From NCBI GenBank assembly GCA_963712635.1, contig CAVQIS010000005.1, positions 44,251 to 108,250 on the forward strand: 64,000 bases of DNA, written 5' to 3'. Shown here piece after piece: positions 59,479 to 64,000 of the stretch. The position numbers were made by a program, and so were the translations under genes. The first letter of the stretch is position 1, and every line of letters starts with the position of its first letter. The stretch comes from an uncultured Actinomycetes bacterium. Its GTDB lineage: Bacteria > Actinomycetota > Thermoleophilia > Gaiellales > Gaiellaceae. The notes beneath the pieces were generated by a model that saw only the letters and a list, made by a program, of their open reading frames with translations, did no database searches and had not been told where the DNA came from.

Positions 59479-59739
59479 GTGTCGGACGAGATTCGCGACG
59501 ACGAGGCACAGCAGGAAGACGTCGAGGGCCACGGGCTCATCAACGAGCCGGGAGCCGGAGCCCCTGGGGCCGGCCGGTCGGCTGACGACGAGGGCGACGA
59601 CGTCGAGGGCCACGGGCTCATCAACGCGCCGGGAGCCGGAGCCCCTGGGGCCGGCAGGTCGGCTGACGACGAGGGCGACGACGTCGAGGCTCACGGCCTC
59701 ATCAACGCCCCGAACATCAACCAGCCGAACATCAACTAG
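59479..59739 (+). CDS. acidic tandem-repeat protein (27-residue DVEGHGLIN... repeats), unknown function
   Basis: GTG 59479 lies 8 nt after AAGGGAGG, in frame with ORF 59431..59739. VSDEIRDDEAQQE-[DVEGHGLINEPGAGAPGAGRSADDEGD]-[DVEGHGLINAPGAGAPGAGRSADDEGD]-DVEAHGLINAPNINQPNIN. Third-position GC is high, as in neighbouring genes. Confidence 0.6.
   Translation: MSDEIRDDEAQQEDVEGHGLINEPGAGAPGAGRSADDEGDDVEGHGLINAPGAGAPGAGRSADDEGDDVEAHGLINAPNINQPNIN
59518..59712 (+). repeat. 81-bp direct tandem repeat, 2.4 copies (coding)
   Basis: Units start at 59518, 59599 and 59680. Copies 1 and 2 differ at 2 of 81 positions (gag/gcg, ccgg/cagg). Copy 3 diverges after about 33 nt. Confidence 0.9.
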
Positions 59740-59765
59740 CAGCGAAGAAGCTGCGGCGAGTTTCC

Positions 59766-59787
59766 GAGGGCGGCGCTAGCCGCCCTC
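59766..59787. terminator. perfect hairpin between convergent genes (possible bidirectional terminator)
   Basis: GAGGGCGGC-GCTA-GCCGCCCTC (9-bp stem). The stop codon of the GAF gene (59776-59778) lies in the loop. No strong U-tract. Confidence 0.4.
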
Positions 59788-60428
59788 GTCGCGTTTGAGG
59801 ACGTCGTCGATCGCGGCCAGCAGCTTGATCCCGTCCTCGCGCCGCTCGTCCTCGAGGTTCTCGACGGTCGTCGCCAGCCGGGCGACCACGTCCGCGCCAC
59901 CGCCGGTCGCCGCCAGAACCTCTTCCGCTCGGCGCGTACGGCGAAGGAGGTCGAGCGCGATCGCAGCCTGGTTGGCGAAGAGCCCGAGCAGGTCCATCTC
60001 GACGAGCGAGAACTGCGAGCGCTGCGGGCGGTCGAGCACTTCGAGCACGCCCAGCGCGCGCTCCTCGTACAGGAGCGGCACGGCCATCAGGCCCTTCGGG
60101 CACGTAGCCGGTCTCCTCGGCGAAGTCCTTCGCGAAGCGCGGATCCTCGGTCACGTCCTCGATGATCGAGCGGCTGACGAGTGACGAGCACCCAGCCTGC
60201 GATGCCCGTGCTCGACGGGAACCGCTGGCCGAGCAGCGTGTCCGCGCCAAAGCCGGCAATCGCCTCGAAGACGAGCTCGTCCGCCTCTTCGTCGAGCAGG
60301 AAGATCGACGAGGCCTTGGCGCCGAAGATCGCGCGCGCCACCTCGGCCACCGACTGGAGCAGCGAGCGGAACGTCTCCTCGGATCCGACGACGCCCGCCG
60401 CGACTGCGGCTTTCAGGTCTTCGCTCAT
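59776..60428 (-). CDS. GAF domain protein; two frame breaks (about 60090, 60170)
   Basis: ATG 60428 follows GGGAGG. MSEDLKAAV...FRSLLQSVAEVARAIFGAKASSIFLLDEEADELVFEAIAG...STGIAGWVLVTRQPL (ORF 60087..61283 tail), IIEDVTEDPRFAKDFAEETGYVP (ORF 59732 frame), MAVPLLYEERALGVLEVLDR... (ORF 59776..60087). Length = 2 mod 3. Confidence 0.7.
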
Positions 60429-61283
60429 CTTCCGCCTCCCACGTTGGTCGAAGTCAGGTAGAGCACGCTCTTCAGCTGGAACGGCGTCAGCTCCGGATGC
60501 TTGCCGAGGACGAGCGCGCAGAGGGCCGACATGTGCGGCGTGGCGAAGCTGTTGCCGGTGCAGCGGATGCGGGCGCCGCCGGTCCACGCGACCTCGACGT
60601 CGACGCCGCGCGCGAAGAACTCCACCGGCGGGTCCGGGTTGTAGTAGAAGGCGAGCGGATCGGGCTCCTCGTGGCTCCCGACGGAGATGACCGAGGCGAA
60701 CTTCCAGGGGTAGCTCTCGACCGGCATGTTGTGCGCGGACGCGACGAGCAAGGTGCGCCGGAAGTAGGCCTTGTCGGTCAGCTCGTGGAGGATCCCGGCG
60801 AACTGGCGCTTCGTCGTCGAGAGGCTCATGTTCACGACGTCGAAGCCCTGCTCCACCGCCCAGCGCAGGCCGGCGAGAAGCACGCCGCCGCTCCCGGTGA
60901 AGCCCGCCCCCAGCACGCGGACGCTGACGATCTCGCAGTCCGGCGCGAGCGACCGCACGATCCCGGCGCACGCGGTGCCGTGGCCGCAGAGGTCGCCTTC
61001 GGTGTCGTCCTCGACGATCACCTCGTCGTTCGGGCCGACGGAGACCGCCACGGACTGCTGGATCTCGCCGACGAGCGGATGGCCCTGGTCGACCCCGCTG
61101 TCGAGGATGCAGACGCGCACGCCCTTGCCCGGTCGATCCGCCCCACGCCCAGTCTCGCGTGACCTCGCCGGGCCACTCGACGGGGATCTTGATCGCGTCG
61201 GCGGCTCCGGCCGGAAGGCTCCAGGCCGGCCGCAGCTCCTGCGGCGCTTCCGGCTGCTCGTTCGCGGGGTCCGACTGGGACAT
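60425..61283 (-). CDS. cytoplasmic S8 (subtilisin-like) serine peptidase; one frame break near 61135
   Basis: ATG 61283 (ORF 60087..61283 N-terminus, no signal peptide), then ORF 60425..61120. Catalytic triad contexts: VCILDSGVD (Asp), CGHGTACAG (His), GNSFATPHMSA (Ser). The stop overlaps the GAF start (ATGA). Length = 1 mod 3. Confidence 0.8.
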
Positions 61284-61306
61284 GGAGTGATCGTACGACT
61301 TAGGAG

Positions 61307-61894
61307 TTACTGCGCCGCGGCGAGTGCGCGCTGCGAGGCCTCGGCTGCCACGTCGACGAGCGTCCTGACGTGGCGGACGCGGGGATCGTCGTCGGTTGCT
61401 CCCAGGTTCGTCTCCACGAGCTTGGCGGCGACGCGGGTGCCCGACTCGGCGAGGATCGCGGCGGCCGCGGCGTCGACTCGGACTTCCGGGTTGCCGCGCT
61501 CGACGAGGAGCGCTGCCAGCGAGGCGAGGTCGCAGCCCGCCTCGGCGATCCGCTGCGGGATCTCGGCCGCGTCGGCGAGGGCGGCCCGAAGCTTCTGGTC
61601 GCGGTAGCGCTCCTCGAGTTGCTCGGGATCGCGAAGCGCGCCGAGAGCGGCGAGGTACGCGTCCGCGTCGGCCTGGGCGAGCGGCGCCACGCGGGCGCGG
61701 AACGTCTCGGCCTGGCCGACGACGCCGCCGGCCTCGTCCCAGTGGTCTTTCGAGGCGCGCGCGACCATGGTCACGAGCCCGGCCGCCATCGCGACGACGA
61801 TCGCGGCGGCGGAGCCTCCCCCGGGCGCCGGTCCTTCCCCGGACAGCGTGTCCAGGAAGTCGCGCAGCGGCGCGTCGAGGAGGTCACCGGCCAT
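61307..61894 (-). CDS. cyclodeaminase/cyclohydrolase (FTCD_C) family protein
   Basis: Intact ORF (195 aa). LRDFLDTLSGEGPAPGGGSAAAIVVAMAAGLVTMVARAS is the hallmark N-terminal motif of FTCD C-terminal-domain / methenyl-THF cyclohydrolase-like proteins. Confidence 0.7.
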   Translation of the reverse strand: MAGDLLDAPLRDFLDTLSGEGPAPGGGSAAAIVVAMAAGLVTMVARASKDHWDEAGGVVGQAETFRARVAPLAQADADAYLAALGALRDPEQLEERYRDQKLRAALADAAEIPQRIAEAGCDLASLAALLVERGNPEVRVDAAAAAILAESGTRVAAKLVETNLGATDDDPRVRHVRTLVDVAAEASQRALAAAQ

Positions 61895-61915
61895 GCCGGC
61901 ACCTATCTTCCTCGA

Positions 61916-62167
61916 CTACAGGGAGAGGCGCGCGCGAACGGCTTCGGCCAGCGCCGGGTTCGTCTCGTAGCCGGCGTGTTCGAGCGCGGTCTCGAGATCG
62001 GCGATCAGAGCGTCGCGGAACGCCTGATCCTCCCGAGCGCGCTCGACGATGTCGTCCAGACCTTTCCGCGCGAGCGGGATCTCCTGCGCAGCCTGGACCC
62101 ACGCCCGCGGGGGCGCAGGGAGTGTGCGAAGTAGATCGGCCAGGGTTTCCTCGTCGTAGTAGCGCAT
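61916..62167 (-). CDS. small helical protein downstream of the ECF sigma gene (possible sigma partner), unknown family
   Basis: ATG 62167 in ORF 61916..62746, starting 2 nt after the reconstructed sigma stop. MRYYDEETLADLLRTLPAPPRAWVQAAQEIP... (83 aa). No TM segment and no zinc-finger anti-sigma motif. Confidence 0.5.
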   Translation of the reverse strand: MRYYDEETLADLLRTLPAPPRAWVQAAQEIPLARKGLDDIVERAREDQAFRDALIADLETALEHAGYETNPALAEAVRARLSL

Positions 62168-62169
62168 CG

Positions 62170-62746
62170 TCAACCACCAGACTCCGCTGACACCGGTTTT
62201 CTTCCCTCGTCCTCCAATTCGGTCTTGAGCTTGACGAGACAGCGCGAAATCCGGCTGGCGATCGTGCCCGCCGGGATGTCGAGCGCGTCGCCGATGTTGC
62301 GGTAGCTCTCGTCCCGGGCGAAGAAGCGGTCGAGGATCTCGCGGCAGTTGTCCGGGAGCGTGGCGAGCGCGTCGTGGACGTACAGCGCCTCGTCGAGCCT
62401 GCGCGATCGCGTCGTCGGCGCCGGGCGGCTCCGGCAGCTCCTCGGGCTGCTCGCGGGCGCCGGCGCGGATCGTGTCGAGGCACAAGCGGCGGGTCATCTG
62501 CGCGAGCCACGGGCGGATCGCGGAGTCGTCGCGCAGCTTGGGGAGGTTCACGTAGGCGCGCGCGAAGACCTCCTGGAACACGTCCTCGGCGTCGGACTCG
62601 GACATCCGGTAGGCCTGGACGGAGATCGCATACACGTAGCGGGAGAAGCGCTCGACGAGCTCGCGCCAGGCGTCCTCGTCCCCGGCGCGGCAGCGGGCGA
62701 CGAGTTGGGCGTCGCTTTCGACGACGTGGGCGAGCACGTCAGACAC
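62170..62746 (-). CDS. ECF-type sigma-70 family RNA polymerase sigma factor; one extra base near 62397
   Basis: GTG 62746. Region 2: AWRELVERFSRYVYAISVQAYRMSESDAEDVFQEVFARAYVNLPKLRDDSAIRPWLAQMTRRLCLD. After the frame change, region 4: LPDNCREILDRFFARDESYRNIGDALDIPAGTIASRISRCLVKLK. Stop at 62170-62172. Confidence 0.8.
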
Positions 62747-62773
62747 CCTCGAATCAAAGCGTACTTTCGGCGT

Positions 62774-63028
62774 TTAAAGCAAGATTCGAACCGCGAGCCG
62801 CGGAGAACAGCCGTGCGTGGCGACGAGCGAACGTGCCAGCTCGAGGTCCACGTAGTCGGCGCGCGCGATGGTCGCCGCGTCCTCGATCTCGTAGCCGTGC
62901 GCGATGAGCTGGCCGAAGCGCCACGCGCGGACGTCGAGCTCTTCCTTCGTGAGCTCTTCGTTCGGGTCGAGCGCCTCGAGGACGGCGAGCCCGGTTTCGA
63001 GGTCATTGAACTCGGTCGGCGGCATCAT
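62774..63028 (-). CDS. small hypothetical protein at the head of the sigma operon
   Basis: ATG 63028 follows AAAGAGGAAC, within ORF 62774..63154. MMPPTEFNDLETGLAVLEALDPNEELTKEELDVRAWRFGQLIAHGYE...ATHGCSPRLAVRILL (84 aa). It ends 27 nt before the sigma start. Confidence 0.45.
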   Translation of the reverse strand: MMPPTEFNDLETGLAVLEALDPNEELTKEELDVRAWRFGQLIAHGYEIEDAATIARADYVDLELARSLVATHGCSPRLAVRILL

Positions 63029-63087
63029 GAGTTCCTCTTTCGGCTGTTCGGCGCGCCGACTTGACTGCGAGGCCGTAGCCTGCCGCC

Positions 63088-63870
63088 GTGGACACGGGTC
63101 TCTCTGGCAAGCGCGTGCTGGTGACCGGGGCTTCCGGCGGGATCGGCGGGGCATGCGCGCGGGCGTTCGCGGCGGAGGGGTGCGAGGTCGTCCTGCATTT
63201 CCATCAGGGGCGCGAGCGCGCCGAGGCGCTCAGCGAGGAGCTCGGTGGCGCGACGATCGTCGGGGCCGATTTGCGCGTGGAGGCCGAGGTGGACGAGCTC
63301 TTTCGGCGGAGCGTGGAGGCGCTCGGCGGGCTGGACGTCTGCGCGGCCGTGGCCGGAAAGTGGCCGGAGGAGGATGTGCCGCTCTGGGAGGTGCCGCTCG
63401 AGCGCTGGGAGGAGACGGTGCGGACGAACCTGACCGCCACGTTCCTGACCGCGCGCGGGTTCCTCCGCGAGGTGGCGCGAAACGGCCACGGCAGCCTGGT
63501 CATGATCGGGTCGACGGCCGGCCTGTTCGGCGAGGCGGGCCACGCGGACTACGCGGCGGCGAAGTCGGCCCTCGTGCACGGCTTGCTGCTGAGCCTGAAG
63601 AACGAGATCGTGCGGGTCGCGCCGCTCGGGCGCGTGAACGTCGTCTGCCCTGGGTGGACGGAGTCGCCGATGACGCGCACGACGCTGACGGATCCCGACC
63701 TAGTCGCGCGGGTCACGCGGACGATGCCGCTGCGGAAGGTGGCGCAGCCCGAGGACGTGGCGCGACAGGTGGTCGTGCTCGCGTCGGACGAGCTGTCGGG
63801 GCACGTGACCGGGCAGGTCGTGACCGTCGCCGGCGGGATGGAAGGCCGGCTCCTGCATCCGGAGGGTTAA
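63088..63870 (+). CDS. short-chain dehydrogenase/reductase (FabG-like)
   Basis: Intact ORF (260 aa). Motifs: VTGASGGIGGACA, YAAAKSAL (YxxxK), VNVVCPGWTESPM. Confidence 0.85.
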   Translation: MDTGLSGKRVLVTGASGGIGGACARAFAAEGCEVVLHFHQGRERAEALSEELGGATIVGADLRVEAEVDELFRRSVEALGGLDVCAAVAGKWPEEDVPLWEVPLERWEETVRTNLTATFLTARGFLREVARNGHGSLVMIGSTAGLFGEAGHADYAAAKSALVHGLLLSLKNEIVRVAPLGRVNVVCPGWTESPMTRTTLTDPDLVARVTRTMPLRKVAQPEDVARQVVVLASDELSGHVTGQVVTVAGGMEGRLLHPEG

Positions 63871-63876
63871 AAGGAA

Positions 63877-63898
63877 GGCGGCGAGTCGCCCCGCCGCC
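63877..63898 (+). terminator. GC-rich hairpin just after the SDR stop (weak terminator candidate)
   Basis: GGCGGCG-AGTCGCCC-CGCCGCC: a 7-bp stem starting 7 nt after the TAA at 63868-63870. No U-tract. Confidence 0.3.
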
Positions 63899-64000
63899 CC
63901 GTTCACTCCAGATGCCGCAGGAATGGTTGCCGTCAGTCCCGTGGCCACGGAAAGGAGTCCCAAGAACCCTCGGCCTTCCGGGGCTAAATCTTTAGCCCCG

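Noticed and set aside
59518-59712. The tandem direct repeats as a possible CRISPR array or minisatellite.
   Set aside because: The units are contiguous 81-bp (in-frame, 27-codon) repeats with no spacers, inside an ORF with a good ribosome-binding site. No cas genes are present anywhere in the window.
1-64000. Annotating the about 35 frame-disrupted genes as pseudogenes (a decaying genome).
   Set aside because: The lesions are insertion-only single bases. They hit purine-biosynthesis and other housekeeping genes. No premature-stop substitutions, deletions or IS elements accompany them. This pattern fits a sequence artefact better than biology, so they are kept as CDS with a warning.
63899-64000. 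The structured tail after the last SDR gene, including a perfect hairpin CGGGGCTAAA-TC-TTTAGCCCCG (63979-64000) and a GGAAAGGAGTCC stretch. Considered as the start of RNase P RNA, SRP RNA, tmRNA or a riboswitch.
   Set aside because: None of the conserved cores is present (GAGGAAAGUCCGGGC for RNase P, GGUCCGGAAGGAAGCAGC for SRP, the tmRNA 5' end). The element is cut by the window edge, so it cannot be classified.

Overview
This is a very GC-rich, actinobacterium-like chromosomal segment, densely packed with about 66 protein genes and 3 tRNAs. I saw no rRNA, CRISPR array, transposase, integrase or phage genes. From left to right the content is as follows. (1) 0.6-14 kb: an amine/polyamine-GABA utilisation block with gabT, two PotABCD-type ABC importers, an aldehyde dehydrogenase and two extra class-III aminotransferases. 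(2) 14-23 kb: mixed small enzymes, a secreted PAP2/haloperoxidase-like protein divergent from a LuxR regulator, and a protein built from two MshEN (c-di-GMP receptor type) modules. (3) 23-32.5 kb: purL-purF and purM-purN-purH, split by three unrelated genes. (4) 32.9-36.5 kb: a reverse-transsulfuration pair (CBS, cystathionine gamma-lyase family) with a YcaQ-like gene between them. (5) 39-42 kb: a glycogen-debranching-type enzyme plus a GT4 glycosyltransferase. (6) 44.5-47.9 kb: a NitT/TauT-type ABC importer. (7) 47.9-52.9 kb: two tandem paralogous class-III nucleotide cyclase / P-loop STAND-like / TPR genes. (8) 53.1-53.3 kb: tRNA-Val, tRNA-Glu and tRNA-Lys. (9) 57.7-63 kb: an MFS transporter fused to a cyclic-nucleotide-binding domain, an acidic tandem-repeat protein, and an ECF-sigma operon that ends in a cytoplasmic S8 subtilase and a GAF protein. 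One caveat governs everything. About half of the genes cannot be translated in one frame, and every break I could resolve at base level is a single extra base. I therefore annotate them as CDS (frame disrupted as sequenced), not as pseudogenes. Break positions and some gene ends are approximate. All homology calls rest on motif recognition by eye, with no searches run.
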